A stretch of DNA of 64,000 bases from Candidatus Poriferihabitaceae bacterium (lineage in GTDB: Bacteria; Pseudomonadota; Gammaproteobacteria; Arenicellales; Poriferihabitantaceae), in the NCBI GenBank assembly GCA_965203365.1, contig OZ241878.1, forward strand, positions 3,598,962 through 3,662,961. The letters run 5' to 3'. The notes under the pieces are model-generated. The model saw only the letters and a program-made list of their open reading frames with translations, was not told where the DNA came from and made no database searches. A program made the position numbers and the translations under genes. Below are positions 1 through 10,528 of the stretch, piece after piece (the stretch's first letter is position 1; the number at the start of each line of letters is the position of its first letter).

Positions 1-90
1 CAGCGTCCGGTACTTGTCCGCATAGTAGCAACCCGAAGTTCGGAGATTTCGAAAGGAGGAATCCCCGATCGGCAATTGCAGTCGGTTCAT
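1..90 (-). CDS. 5' end of a gene that runs off the window; N-terminus resembles AAA-ATPase-like/DUF1703-type proteins
   Basis: Reverse-strand ATG at 90..88 reads MNRLQLPIGDSSFRNLRTSGCYYADKYRTL. From memory this matches the usual N-terminus of that family (LPIG..F..L....YYVDKT). Only 30 codons are visible. Confidence 0.4.
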   Translation of the reverse strand, partial: MNRLQLPIGDSSFRNLRTSGCYYADKYRTL

Positions 91-455
91 GATCAGTTGG
101 CTTCGCAGGACAGTGTCACATCATAGCACGCTCCGGGCCATCCCCATGAGTTGGACGGACGATTCCAAGCCCCCTTTTCCCGCCTGATCGGTTGGGTGAT
201 GGAGAAGCCTCCTTCATGGGGAAAAAATGATAACGATAGGTGGGGTTTCTAAGCCAGACGGCGAGTGGGTGGTTTGTTCAGTGACGATTGTCATTGGGCT
301 GCTCAGTCGGCTGTCCAAGCCTCGGTCAGAATCACCAAACCTCACGGAAAACTGTGATAACCTGCATTCGGTTTCGGAACGGTTGTCGCTGGCGGGGTTT
401 TTCGCGAAACGGCACCATCTCTGAAGTCTCTCCTGACTATCCTGATAACGAACCC

Positions 456-1616
456 ATGAAGCTACCCGATCGCGGCTTTCCAGAAACCGAATATGAAATT
501 CGGGTAGAACAGTTCCAACAGCGGATGAAGAAAAACCGCTGTGATGCGGTTATTTTGACGACAGAACCCGAAGTGCGGTATTTCAGTGGCTTTTTGACGC
601 AATTCTGGCTCAGCCCTACCCGGCCCTGGTTCCTGGTGATTCCTGGTGCTGGTAAACCGATTGCCGTCATTCCGGAAATCGGGATGAGCGGTATGGCCGA
701 TACATGGATTGATGATATCCGGACGTGGCCAAGTCCTTGTCCCGGGGACGATGGTGTATCGCTGCTCCTCGCCACCCTGAGATCCTTGCCCCAACAGCAT
801 GGTAGGGTTGGCATGAGTCTGGGCCCTGAAAGCTGTCTCAGGATGCCGGCCGAGGCCTTTGCTCAACTTCGCAAGGGGCTCGTTGTTGAAGTGGTGGATA
901 TGGCGGGAGAATTGCAGGCGCAGCGCATGGTGAAATCACCCCGGGAAATCGAAAAAATTCGTGTCATCTGTCACCTTGCTAGCGAGGCATTCGCCCAAGT
1001 GCCGAGTCATGCGCACACTGGTCAAACAGAGCGGAACATTTGTCGTAACCTGCAACTGGATCTTCTTCAACGTGGTGCTGACAGTTGTCACTATCTGGTC
1101 GCTGGTTCAGGTCCCGGGGGATATCACAGTATCATCATGGGTCCCACGGACCGGACGATAGAGGCGGGCGATATCCTGATTATTGATACGGGCTCGACCT
1201 GGGATGGCTATTATTGCGATTTTGATCGGAACTGGGCGTTTGGAACGGCTGATGATGTCTCGCGGGCGGCCTATCGGGCTCTGTGGCAAGCCACGGAAGC
1301 CGGATTTGTCATGGCTCGGCCGGGGGTGACGACCAGTGACCTATGGCAGGCTATGCAAGTGGTGATGGATGAGTTCGGCTGCCTTGACAGCGGCGTCGGA
1401 CGTCTGGGTCATGGGCTGGGCATGGAACTCACCGAGCCACCCTCACACACGCCAAACGATGGCACGGTACTGGAAGCCGGCATGGTCCTGACCCTGGAAC
1501 CCGGAATGATGTTTGCCCCGGGACGGCAAATGGTGCATGAGGAGAATATCATCATCAACGAGGAAGGGGCGGAGTGGCTGACCATGCGTGCTCCGGAGGA
1601 GTTGCCCGTCCTATGA
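456..1616 (+). CDS. M24-family metallopeptidase (Xaa-Pro aminopeptidase/creatinase fold)
   Basis: ORF 288..1616. Start moved to ATG 456 (MKLPDRGF) because the first 56 codons are Cys/Arg-rich and look non-coding. N-domain is creatinase_N-like (CDAVILTTEPEVRYFSGF). C-domain has pita-bread motifs (IIDTGSTWDGYYCDFDRNW, GHGLGMELTEPP, LEPGMMF, HEENIII). Confidence 0.85.
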   Translation: MKLPDRGFPETEYEIRVEQFQQRMKKNRCDAVILTTEPEVRYFSGFLTQFWLSPTRPWFLVIPGAGKPIAVIPEIGMSGMADTWIDDIRTWPSPCPGDDGVSLLLATLRSLPQQHGRVGMSLGPESCLRMPAEAFAQLRKGLVVEVVDMAGELQAQRMVKSPREIEKIRVICHLASEAFAQVPSHAHTGQTERNICRNLQLDLLQRGADSCHYLVAGSGPGGYHSIIMGPTDRTIEAGDILIIDTGSTWDGYYCDFDRNWAFGTADDVSRAAYRALWQATEAGFVMARPGVTTSDLWQAMQVVMDEFGCLDSGVGRLGHGLGMELTEPPSHTPNDGTVLEAGMVLTLEPGMMFAPGRQMVHEENIIINEEGAEWLTMRAPEELPVL

Positions 1617-2036
1617 TGATTCGGTACTAGCCAAATGGAATCATTGGTTGTTTTTGGGCGGAATCGTCCCCGGGGATTCATGGTATCCGATGGAATGTAT
1701 CCGTCACCGTTGAAATCTCCTGCTTTTAACTGTGCATGATGCTTGATGGCACAGGGGGACGAGATTGATCCTATGACGTCCCCGATTGATCCCGTTGTGC
1801 GGAAAGGGGGGGGACAGGATGTCAGCCGAGTGATCGAGAATCAAGCCACTTTCCAATCGAGCCGAGCGGGAAGCATCGCTTCTTGTACTGCCCCAAGATC
1901 GGGTATGGGAAAAAGAAAATCCCACCCTTCAGATGGATCCATCGCATCTGGATAGACCCCGGCCGCCTTTGGGGCCATCTATGCGGGTTTGGAAAATGCC
2001 GTCAAGCTGATTCCGGGAGGCGCGAAAGGGCAGATT

Positions 2037-3140
2037 TCAGACCGGCAATTCGGACAAGGTGGTGGCCACTCGGTCGCCAAATTCCTGCGTACTGACTATG
2101 GTGTTCCCAGCACCCGGTCGGGAGATGTCTGGTGTAGAGTATCCGTCGGCAAAGACCTGCTGCATCGCCTGCCACAAGTTGTTGGCTTCTTGTTTCATGC
2201 CGAAGCTCATGTCCAGCATCATGGCCACGGACCCGAGCATGGAGTAGGGGTTGGCGATGTTCTGGCCAGCGATATCGGGTGCCGATCCATGTGCTGGTTC
2301 GTAGTAGGATTTTTCCGGTCCCAGGCATGCGGACGGCATTAGGCCCAGCGAGCCGAGGATGCCGCCACCTTGGTCACTCAAAATATCGCCAAACAGGTTT
2401 TCCATCACCATGACGTCAAATTCTGTGGGTCGCAGGCACAGATAGGTGGCGGCCACATCCACCAGCACATGGTGCACGGCTACATCCGGAAAATCTGCCG
2501 CCACCTCTTCGACGATCTCCGTCCAAAGTGCGCTGGACTTGAGGACGTTGCTCTTATGCACGCTGTGCAGTTTCCGGCGCCGCTGCATGGCCGTTTCGAA
2601 GGCCAGTGTCACAACCCGTCGGATCTGGTTCTCATCGTATTCGAGCGTCTCCTTGGCATAACGCAGCCCCTGTTCGTTTACCCCAGCCTCCTTCTGGCCA
2701 AAATACAATCCCCCCACCAGTTCGCGAATGATCATGATATCGATCCCATCTCCAACCACTTCGGGTTTCAGCGGTGAAAAGTGGGCCAGGGAGCTGGGTA
2801 GGTAGACAGGGCGAAAGTTGGCAAAGGTGTCATATCGACGCCGCAGGTTCAGCAACGCTTTCTCCGGCGACTGAGCGGCAGGAATCTTCCTGGAATCCGC
2901 ATGGCCCAGACCAATCGTTCCCTTCAGGATGATGTCCGATCGGTCGCACAGGGCCTGCGTTTCCTCGGGCCAGCAACTGCCGGTGGAAAACCACGCTGAC
3001 GCTCCAAACGCCGCCGGAATCAGTTCAAAATCGATCCCGGATTGGCGGGACGAGATCACCTTCAGTATCTTGACCGCTTCGGCCATGATTTCCTCACCGA
3101 TGCCATCACCGGCCAGCAATGCGATCCGGTAGGTTGTCAT
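2037..3140 (-). CDS. Isocitrate/isopropylmalate/tartrate dehydrogenase family oxidoreductase
   Basis: ORF 2037..3230. Start moved to ATG at 3140 (MTTYRIALLAGDGIGEEI, the classic family N-terminus). Also NLFGDILSDQGGGILGSLGLMPSA and YEPAHGSAPDIAGQNIANP. Confidence 0.85.
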   Translation of the reverse strand: MTTYRIALLAGDGIGEEIMAEAVKILKVISSRQSGIDFELIPAAFGASAWFSTGSCWPEETQALCDRSDIILKGTIGLGHADSRKIPAAQSPEKALLNLRRRYDTFANFRPVYLPSSLAHFSPLKPEVVGDGIDIMIIRELVGGLYFGQKEAGVNEQGLRYAKETLEYDENQIRRVVTLAFETAMQRRRKLHSVHKSNVLKSSALWTEIVEEVAADFPDVAVHHVLVDVAATYLCLRPTEFDVMVMENLFGDILSDQGGGILGSLGLMPSACLGPEKSYYEPAHGSAPDIAGQNIANPYSMLGSVAMMLDMSFGMKQEANNLWQAMQQVFADGYSTPDISRPGAGNTIVSTQEFGDRVATTLSELPV

Positions 3141-3180
3141 GTTGGACAGGCTGGACAATGGGTTGGTGGGGAGGGCGTCA

Positions 3181-3954
3181 TCAGGACCAGTTTGGTTCGC
3201 GCTTCTCAAGGAAGGCGTCCACGCCCTCAATGGCTTCGTCCATCATCATGTTGCACGCGATGGTCTCGGTTGCATCGGCATAGGACTTGGCCAGGGATTG
3301 GTTCATTTGCCGATAGACCATCTCCTTGCCCAGTCGAATGACACGGGGGGGCTTCTGGCAGATATTCCGTGCCAACGCCTGGACGCAATCGTCCAGGGCA
3401 TCGGGAGAGCAGACCCGGTTCACCAGACCATACTGAAGAGCGGTTTCGGCATCAATAAAATCTCCGGTCAGCAACATCTCCAGCGACCGTTTCAAAGAGA
3501 TGTTTCTCAGCAGGGGGACCGCGGGGGTGGAGCAAAACAATCCCAGTCGGATCCCGGAGACGGCAAAGGTGGCATTTGTCGTTGCCACGGCCAAGTCACA
3601 CCCGGCCACCAGTTGACAGCCAGCGGCCGTGGCCATGCCATGCACCCGGGCGATGACCGGCTGGGGCAGAGCAATGATCTTCTGCATGAACTCACTGGAC
3701 TGACCGAACAGACGGCGCTGGGAATCCAGGTCCTCATGGGCGCGGATTTGCTTGAGATCATGACCGGCACAAAAGGCTTTGCCATTCGCTGCGAGGATGA
3801 CGACGCGTACGGAATCATGTTTCTCAATGCGATCAAGGGCCTCCAGCAGGTTATCTAACAGTTCATCGGTCAGGGCGTTGAACTGTGACGGCCGATTAAG
3901 TGTCAAGGTGTGAACTCCCTCTCGGGTGGATTCAAGGAGGACGGGACCGGTCAT
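3181..3954 (-). CDS. Enoyl-CoA hydratase/isomerase (crotonase) family protein
   Basis: 257 aa. Crotonase hallmarks: LTLNRPSQFNALT, VVILAANGKAFCAGHDLK, IARVHGMATAAGCQLVAGCDLAVA. Lies immediately upstream of the dehydrogenase on the same strand. Confidence 0.9.
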   Translation of the reverse strand: MTGPVLLESTREGVHTLTLNRPSQFNALTDELLDNLLEALDRIEKHDSVRVVILAANGKAFCAGHDLKQIRAHEDLDSQRRLFGQSSEFMQKIIALPQPVIARVHGMATAAGCQLVAGCDLAVATTNATFAVSGIRLGLFCSTPAVPLLRNISLKRSLEMLLTGDFIDAETALQYGLVNRVCSPDALDDCVQALARNICQKPPRVIRLGKEMVYRQMNQSLAKSYADATETIACNMMMDEAIEGVDAFLEKREPNWS

Positions 3955-3990
3955 GTGGGTTTCTCGACAGTGTATGGGTCGGTCCAGCGG

Positions 3991-4452
3991 CTACTGGGAT
4001 GCCTGGAGGATGAACTCCACCGCCGCACTGACCTGTTCATCGGAAAGCGACATGTTGCCCCCTCGGGCGGGCATCACGCCGGCCGCTCCCTGAAAGCCAT
4101 TGATCGCATGGTCCACGAGTACCTCCATACCCTGGGCAATTCTTGGGGCCCAGGCGGTCACATCGCCGAGTTTGGGTGAGCCCGCCACGCCGGTGCCGTG
4201 ACAAGCCAGACAGGCAGTATTGTAGACGGACTCCCCGTCCACGGGCAGCGCGGCCATTTGTGGGGTGGCAGAACTGGCCATTGCCGCGGCCTCGGTCCGG
4301 GCGGCCTCGGCTTCTTCAGCGGTCAGGATGTTCAGGCTGCCCACAGCCCCGACCCGCTCGGCCAGGGACTCGGCGCTGTTGTGATTTGCAGTGGCGGCAG
4401 TGGCCACGATCAGGACACCGGCGGCCAGAAGTGCAGGGACACGACTTTTCAT
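3991..4452 (-). CDS. Periplasmic c-type cytochrome, cytochrome c5-like
   Basis: N-terminal signal peptide (MKSRVPALLAAGVLIVATAATA). Single CxxCH heme site (CLACHG). C-terminal half is similar from memory to cytochrome c5 (GVAGSPKLGDVTAWAPRIAQGMEVL, MPARGGNMSLSDEQV). Confidence 0.85.
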   Translation of the reverse strand: MKSRVPALLAAGVLIVATAATANHNSAESLAERVGAVGSLNILTAEEAEAARTEAAAMASSATPQMAALPVDGESVYNTACLACHGTGVAGSPKLGDVTAWAPRIAQGMEVLVDHAINGFQGAAGVMPARGGNMSLSDEQVSAAVEFILQASQ

Positions 4453-4916
4453 CGATACGAAATTTGTTTTGAAGGGTTTGGATTATACCCGACTATCGGT
4501 CGGTGACGGACAGATGGGCGGCCCCGAGGGTGAGGGGCGGCGTTTTTCCCTACGGCCATGGCGATTCGGTGGCAAAAGTCGCTTGTGTCCGGACTGGGGC
4601 CGAAACATCGGGACATGCTTCAGAGCCACTGTTTCGATGATAACGACCCACATGGATAATAGGGACTGGAATAAGCATCGGAATTGGACTATGATTGCGA
4701 CGTTGGCATGTTGGACTCCCATCGAATGCCGACGCTCTGTGACGGTGATGGTGGAGATGCGTTGGGTCGGTCTCCCGAGTGACTGGATGTGATGGTTGAC
4801 GAGTTGTGTAGGATTCGGCGGAGCCGAGTCACCAAATAGCGGGGGTGATCCCTGCCTTTCACAGATCGGTAACAACTTCAAACATCAATCGTATTCGCAC
4901 GAGTAGGAGGAATTTT

Positions 4917-6278
4917 GTGGACAATGAACTAAATGCGCTCACAACGATATTTACCGAGTTCTATTACTGGGTAACCATACCGTTGATGTTTCTGATTCAC
5001 GTCGGATTCTGCATGTACGAGGTGGGCGTTTCCCGACGCAAGAACCATCTCCATACCCTCATGAAAAACACCATGCTGGTGCCGTTGGTGACCATCACGT
5101 TCTTCTTTTTTGGATGGTGGATATACTGGGGGTTGCCCAATGGGCCGGGAATCACCGGCGGGATAGAATGGGAAGCGGGTGCTGCCAATACACCTTGGGC
5201 CGACACTATGGGCCCTCACCTGGGTGATCGGATCACCGGTGTCTTCTGGGCCGCTTTTCTGCTCTTTTCCTGGACCGCAGCTTCCATCGTCTCGGGAGCG
5301 GTGATTGAGCGAATCACCAATGCGGCGTTCTGGATTCTTGCCGTGGCCATCGGCTCGGTCTTCTGGATCATTGATGCCGCCTGGGGCTGGCACTACGGTG
5401 GCTGGATGGTGAGGATACTGGGCTATCATGATGCGTATGCATCCGGGGTGATCCATGCCATTGCGGGGGGCTTTGCCCTTGGCATCTTGTTTGTTCTGGG
5501 TCCGCGGATCGGACGGTTCCGGGCGGACGGGACGGCGCGCAACATCAATCCTCGCAATCCCTGGCTGGTGACGGTGGGTCTGTTCCTGATCTATACCGGG
5601 TTCTGGGGCTTCTATGTGGCTTGCAATGTGCCGATCATCGATATGGGTGCTGAAGTCGGTGATGATGTGGCTTACTTCACCGCCACCAACATCTACTTGG
5701 GTCCGACCACGCTTAGTGGCATCACCTTCAACTTCCTGATGTCCCTGTCGGGGGGCTTGCTGGCGGGTTACTGGATATCCAAGGGCGATGCCTTCTGGAC
5801 CTACTCTTCGGGACTGGCCGGAGTCATCACCGCCTCGGCCGGCAATGATCTGTATCATCCCATCCAGGCCATGATTATCGGCGTGATCGGTGTGATCTGT
5901 GCCTACAAGCTGCACTACTGGGTGGAGAAAAGATTCAAGATCGATGATGCGGTGGGGGCGGTGGCCGTCCATGGCTATGCCGGGTTTGTTGGGCTGGTCA
6001 TCTGTGGTTTCGTGTTGTGGGGCTATCCGTCGTCTCCCTATGAAGGGTATGCCTCGATCAATCCGCTGGGTCAGTTCATCGGTGCGCTGATCATGTTCGG
6101 TCTGTTGGGATTCCTGCCCGGTTGGGTGATCGCCAAGATTCTGCACGGCATGGGTCTTTTGCGCATTCCGCCCGAGGTGGAGATTGTGGGTCTGGACAGT
6201 CTGGAGCACGAAATCTACGATGTGGAAGCGGAGGAGATGCAACAAGCCGAGGCCGAAGTGGCCAAATCCCTAAACTGA
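4917..6278 (+). CDS. amt: Ammonium transporter (Amt family)
   Basis: ORF 4845..6278, polytopic membrane protein with Amt-type segments (AFWILAVAIGSVFWIIDAAWGWHYGGW, DAYASGVIHAIAGGFALG, DDAVGAVAVHGYAGFVG). Start placed at GTG 4917, which has AGGAGG at 4905..4910. Confidence 0.9.
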   Translation: MDNELNALTTIFTEFYYWVTIPLMFLIHVGFCMYEVGVSRRKNHLHTLMKNTMLVPLVTITFFFFGWWIYWGLPNGPGITGGIEWEAGAANTPWADTMGPHLGDRITGVFWAAFLLFSWTAASIVSGAVIERITNAAFWILAVAIGSVFWIIDAAWGWHYGGWMVRILGYHDAYASGVIHAIAGGFALGILFVLGPRIGRFRADGTARNINPRNPWLVTVGLFLIYTGFWGFYVACNVPIIDMGAEVGDDVAYFTATNIYLGPTTLSGITFNFLMSLSGGLLAGYWISKGDAFWTYSSGLAGVITASAGNDLYHPIQAMIIGVIGVICAYKLHYWVEKRFKIDDAVGAVAVHGYAGFVGLVICGFVLWGYPSSPYEGYASINPLGQFIGALIMFGLLGFLPGWVIAKILHGMGLLRIPPEVEIVGLDSLEHEIYDVEAEEMQQAEAEVAKSLN

Positions 6279-6296
6279 CCGACAGGAGGATTCATC

Positions 6297-6488
6297 ATGT
6301 CTACTGGAATCGAAAGCTGGAGTAATCTTGGCGAAATGGGACCGATTTATCCCTTTGTCGGAACCGAAGAGGTGTGGGTCATCATCGGGCTGGTCTTGTG
6401 GATCGTTTGGCATGTTCTGCAAATCAGTGCCGAAAAGGAACACCATGAAAAAGCCAAAAGCCATTTCAGCAAGAACTATCGCGGTTAG
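6297..6488 (+). CDS. Small (63 aa) single-pass membrane protein co-transcribed with amt
   Basis: ATG 6297 is preceded by AGGAGG (about 6284..6289) and lies 18 nt after the amt stop. One hydrophobic helix (VWVIIGLVLWIVWHVL). A strong terminator follows. No family recognised. Confidence 0.45.
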   Translation: MSTGIESWSNLGEMGPIYPFVGTEEVWVIIGLVLWIVWHVLQISAEKEHHEKAKSHFSKNYRG

Positions 6489-6509
6489 TCGTGACGTCTT
6501 GTTGATTCG

Positions 6510-6540
6510 AAAACCCCGGCCTTGGCCGGGGTTTTTTTGG
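6510..6540 (+). terminator. Rho-independent terminator of the amt operon
   Basis: AAACCCCGGCC-TT-GGCCGGGGTTTTTTT: perfect 8-bp GC stem, 2-nt loop, 7-T tail. Confidence 0.75.
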
Positions 6541-6606
6541 GGCATTCTAACTTTATCTTGACATTCTGGTCCGGAATCTCTCCATTACAGGGGTAGGCAA
6601 GAGGGC

Positions 6607-7346
6607 TTGGACATGGCGCACAAGGTACCCGGCAGATCGGAGCGAGAGGGCATCACGCTGATGCAACTCGCCGACATGTTCCCGACCGAGGACGCGGCGC
6701 GGGAGTGGTTCGAATCCCGCATCTGGCCGGCCGGCATTGCCCGCATTGCGGCTCCACCCGCACGCACGAGGCGGACGGCGGCAACAAGATGCCCTACCGC
6801 TGCTCCGATTGCCGGGAGTACTTCTCCGTCAAGACAAACTCCCTGATGCACAACTCCCGGCTTCCGCTCCGCAAGTGGGTTTTCGCGACCTACCTGCACC
6901 TGACCCGCCTCAAGGGCGTCTCCAGCGTCAAGCTGCACCGGGACATCGGGGTTTCGCAGAAGACTGCATGGTACATGCTCCAGCGCATCCGCAAGGCGTT
7001 CGAGGATGACGACGAATCGCCGTTCCAAGGGCCGGTGGAGGTGGACGAGACCTACATCGGCGGCAAGCGCAAGGAACTGACCGGGCGCGGGGTCGTTGGC
7101 AAGACCGCCGTGATCGGCGCAAAGGACCGGGCGACCAATCGCGTATCGGCCCGGCCCATAGGCACCACCGACAAGCCGACCCTACAGGGCTTCGTCCGGC
7201 ACCATGCCGCGCAGGGCGCGACCATCTACACCGACGAACACGGCTCCTGTAAGGGCATGCCTTTCGCCCATGAGGCGGTGAACCACTGCGTCTCCGAATA
7301 CGTCCGGGAAGAAAATCGTTTTTCTGGTTGGGTTGTCGGGAAATGA
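6607..7346 (+). pseudogene. IS1595-family transposase, frameshifted and 3'-truncated
   Basis: The N-terminal part is in frame 6607.. (ITLMQLADMFPTEDAAREWFESRIWP). The rest is in frame 6705.. (CPHCGSTRTHE, YRCSDCREYFSVKT, VEVDETYIGGK, IYTDEHGSCKG). It ends abruptly (YVREENRFSGWVVGK) where family members continue about 60 aa further. Confidence 0.8.
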
Positions 7347-7594
7347 ATGCCCGTTCTTGGCATCAGCCTGAAACCCTTTGATAAAAAAGGCTTTTCGGCA
7401 ACCGAAAAATCGGAGCCGTGGTTGTAACTTTTTTTCGCTTTAGCACATATGTCGCAACTTCAAGCGCTCGTCTGAGGAAATCGAAGTGGCCGTTCAGGAA
7501 ATTCGCTTGATTTTTCCTTCCCGATTCTTTATTTTATGATTTGCAGTGAAGATAAAATAAAGGCGAGCCTTATTTTAGGTTCGAGGCAGGCAGG

Positions 7595-8764
7595 ATGAAA
7601 CGAGAACTCCAAGGCAGATACGTAACCATATCGACAGTGGGTGAGAAGGCCCAGGCCTTCGTGCCCGCGCCGCTGCCGCCACGTCCACCCATCGACTGGA
7701 CACCGGAGCTGCGCAGCAAGTTCGACCAGGCATTGCTGGCGCTCGGTCGGCTGGACAGCGTCTCGACGCTGTTGCCGGACACCTCGCTGTTCCTGTACAT
7801 GTATGTCCGCAAGGAGGCCGTGCTCTCCTCCATGATCGAGGGAACCCAGTCGTCCCTGTCCGATCTGCTGCTGTTCGAGCTGGATCAGAAGCCCGGCGTC
7901 CCGTTGGATGATGTGCGGGAGGTCAGCAACTATGTCGCTGCCCTCGACCATGGCTTGCGGCTGTTGGAAGAAGGGCTGCCGTTGTCGCTGAGGTTGTTCC
8001 GGGAAATCCATGGTGTGCTGCTGACCAAGGGTCGTGGCAGCAATCAGACCCCGGGCGAATTTCGGCGCAGCCAGAACTGGATCGGCGGCACCCGGCCGGG
8101 CAACGCGGCCTTCGTTCCGCCTCCGGCCGAAGAGGTACTGGAGTGCATGAGCAAGCTGGAGCTCTTCCTCCATGACCAGCCGGAGCCAACCTCAGTGCTG
8201 CTCAAGGCGGCGCTGGCCCATGTGCAGTTCGAGACGATCCACCCATTTCTGGACGGAAACGGCCGTCTGGGTCGTCTGCTGATCGCGTTGCTCTTGTGCG
8301 AGCAGAAGGTGCTGCGGGAGCCGATGCTCTACCTCAGCCTCTACTTCAAGACGCACCGCCGGTATTACTACGAGCTCTTGAACAACGTGCGCATGACCGG
8401 GGACTGGGAAGCCTGGCTAGACTTCTTCGCCGAGGCGGTCATCGTCACCGCCACCCAGGCGGTGGAAACGGCGCAGCAGCTCCTAGACCTGTCGAACCAG
8501 GACCGTGACAAGATCAGCGGTCTCGGACGGGCGGCAGCATCCACACTGCAGGTCCACCGAGCACTCATGGAACACCCCATCGCCACCTCGGGCTCGCTGG
8601 TGGAAAAGACCGGCATCACCCCAGCCACGGTCAATAAGGCGCTCGGCCACTTGGAGCAACTCGGTATCGTCAAGGAGCTGACCGCCCAGAAACGCAACCG
8701 CCTGTTCAGCCATGCGGACTATATCGAGATCATGAGTCGCAGCACGGAGTTGCCGGGCAGGTAG
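7595..8764 (+). CDS. fic: Fic family protein (canonical AMPylation motif, class II inhibitory helix, C-terminal wHTH-like tail)
   Basis: HPFLDGNGRLGR at 8240..8275 fits HxFx(D/E)GNGRxxR. An SxxxEG inhibitory motif (SSMIEG) lies upstream. Confidence 0.9.
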   Translation: MKRELQGRYVTISTVGEKAQAFVPAPLPPRPPIDWTPELRSKFDQALLALGRLDSVSTLLPDTSLFLYMYVRKEAVLSSMIEGTQSSLSDLLLFELDQKPGVPLDDVREVSNYVAALDHGLRLLEEGLPLSLRLFREIHGVLLTKGRGSNQTPGEFRRSQNWIGGTRPGNAAFVPPPAEEVLECMSKLELFLHDQPEPTSVLLKAALAHVQFETIHPFLDGNGRLGRLLIALLLCEQKVLREPMLYLSLYFKTHRRYYYELLNNVRMTGDWEAWLDFFAEAVIVTATQAVETAQQLLDLSNQDRDKISGLGRAAASTLQVHRALMEHPIATSGSLVEKTGITPATVNKALGHLEQLGIVKELTAQKRNRLFSHADYIEIMSRSTELPGR

Positions 8765-9153
8765 ACCAATTCGATTCCCATTTTCGGAATCGAATACGAT
8801 TCGTTGGGAGATTGTTCCTGGTATCGGCTCGGGTTGCAAACCCAGCATCATCGTCCGGAGCCAGGAAATCGGGAGAGAAAAGTTGCTTCCTCGGTGGGAA
8901 CTTGGGACTCGACTTAACTTCCTATGTAAACCCTTTGTTTTTTAATGTGTTACGGGGTAGATTGGGGCTTGAGACTGAGTTGCGGTCGAGAGCTGTTTGC
9001 TCCACCATTTAGAAAAGACAACCCCGTCTCTCTGGGGTCATTATCCGGGGTGGCGGGTTTTCTTTTTTCCCCTGTTTCCAAAGGATTTTTGTCTGTTTCA
9101 CATCTTTCTCTCCGCACCATTGATTCTCCCCATCCTCCAGCCTTTATTTCTCC

Positions 9154-10528
9154 CCCACTTCCAGTCTGAAGTGCCACACTCGCCGCGCTCCCGGCATGAG
9201 GGCATCCCCCGAAGGAAGGGAGCGGGGCGGCGACCGGAAAATTCAGCCCTCCCAAGGGGCTGATTTCGGTCATTGATGACATCCATCTCGACGCCAAGGA
9301 GTCTGACAGAGGCGATTTCACGACGCCAGGGCCCGTTCGGGCTGTGTCAGACGGGTTTTGGCCGAGCGGGGCCCGGCCCGTCGAATGCGGGCTTCTGGAA
9401 AGGCAGGGGATGGGGGAGGAATGACCGCCTTCTAAGGCGGCGCCAGGGCTTCGGCGAACACCTCCGCCGGAGTCCGATATCCCAGCACCTTGCGGGGCCG
9501 ACGGTTGATCCGCTCTTCCACCGCCTGGACCTGAGAGGCCGTCACCTGACAGAAGTCCGTTCCCTTCGGAAAGGACTGGCGGACCCGGCCATGGGTGTGC
9601 TCGTTCAGGCCCCGTTCCCAGGAATGGTAAGGAGTGGCAAAATCAAGTCGGCTCCCAGGGCTGCCGCAATCTCCCGGGGCCCGGCAAACTCTTGGCCGTG
9701 GTCCGCCGTGCAAGTGTGCACCCGGTCCCGAATCGGGGCCATCCGCTGGACAATGGCCTCGGTCACCGCCGCCGCCGCCGCCGTCTTCCCTTCCACCCCG
9801 ATCAGCACCATGAATTTCGAGGCCCGATCTACCCAGGAAATCAAGGCCCCCCGGGGCATCACCCCAATAATCAGGTCAAGCTCCCAGTCCCCAATTCGGC
9901 CCTTGGCCTCCCCAATCAACGGGCGCTCGGCGATGTCTACCCGACCGGGAAGGTGACCGCGTCCCGCGTGTCGGCCGCCGCGCCAGTTGGGCTTTTTCCC
10001 GCGGCAGCGCAGGCACCGGTAAAGGTCTCCCCCCGCCGGTCGGTCCGCTCTCACCGATGGGTAGATCCATTCCCGGCTGGCCATCACCTCTCCTTGTCGC
10101 TGAAACCGGCCCGCGATGGGTTCCGGGCTCCAGCCAGCCTGCCTGCAGCCGGTCCTCGACCACCGCCCAGCGCTCCGGGGTCATCTTCCAAGGCACAGCC
10201 GAGGCTTCCCGGCGCCAGCTCGTCGCCTTCCCTTGGGCGGGTTGATGTCGATACCCGCGCTGCCCGCGGTGGCGGGACAGGTCTCGGGAAATCGTGCTGA
10301 CGTCCCGTCCGAGCTACTCAGCCATCGGTCGCTGGGATCGACCGGTGGACTTGAGCGCAAAAATGGGCGATCTTTCCGGGTGGGTCAGGGGGTGGTCGCC
10401 AGTTGGCATGACCCTTCTCCAGTTGTTCGTCAACTGAGAGGGTCTGCCATCGCCTGGCCCGCTGCCATCCGCCTGACTCAATCAATCAGGCGACGGGGCC
10501 AAGTGTTGCACTTCAGAGTGGCACGGGG
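9154..10528 (-). mobile_element. IS30-family insertion sequence, copy 1 (inactive)
   Basis: Bounded by CCCCACTTCCAGTCTGAAGTGCCACACT (left) and AGTGTTGCACTTCAGAGTGGCACGGGG (right), the same ends as the copies at 39969 and 56820. No matching flanking duplication seen. Confidence 0.8.
9432..10409 (-). pseudogene. IS30-family transposase, at least two frameshifts
   Basis: Homologous to the intact 57080..58117 ORF but split across frames 9432..9713, 9605..10087 and 9876..10196. Confidence 0.8.

Noticed and set aside
288-455. N-terminal 56-codon extension of the M24 peptidase ORF. Similar long 5' extensions occur on the ORFs at 2037..3230, 13390..14208, 14094..15302, 16769..18172, 20307..21149, 25871..27163, 32739.., 35635.., 46848.., 54364.. 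and 60446..
   Set aside because: The extensions are low-complexity, overlap the upstream gene, or precede an internal start that matches the family N-terminus or a stop/start overlap. Starts were moved accordingly.
4453-4916. Sigma-54/NtrC-type promoter or a glnK gene upstream of amt
   Set aside because: I could not find a GG-N10-GC element with TGGCAC/TTGCA character. No PII-like ORF lies in the 460-bp gap.
4929-6245. 438-aa minus-strand ORF antisense to amt. Similar long shadow ORFs occur at 15835..16998 (+), 3139..3858 (+), 11303..12013 (-), 54216..54905 (-), 57110..58198 (+), 59395..60345 (-) and 61924..62637 (-).
   Set aside because: Each lies fully antisense to a gene with clear family motifs. 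Their translations are Arg/His/Gly/Pro-rich with no recognisable motifs. This is the typical high-GC shadow-ORF artefact.
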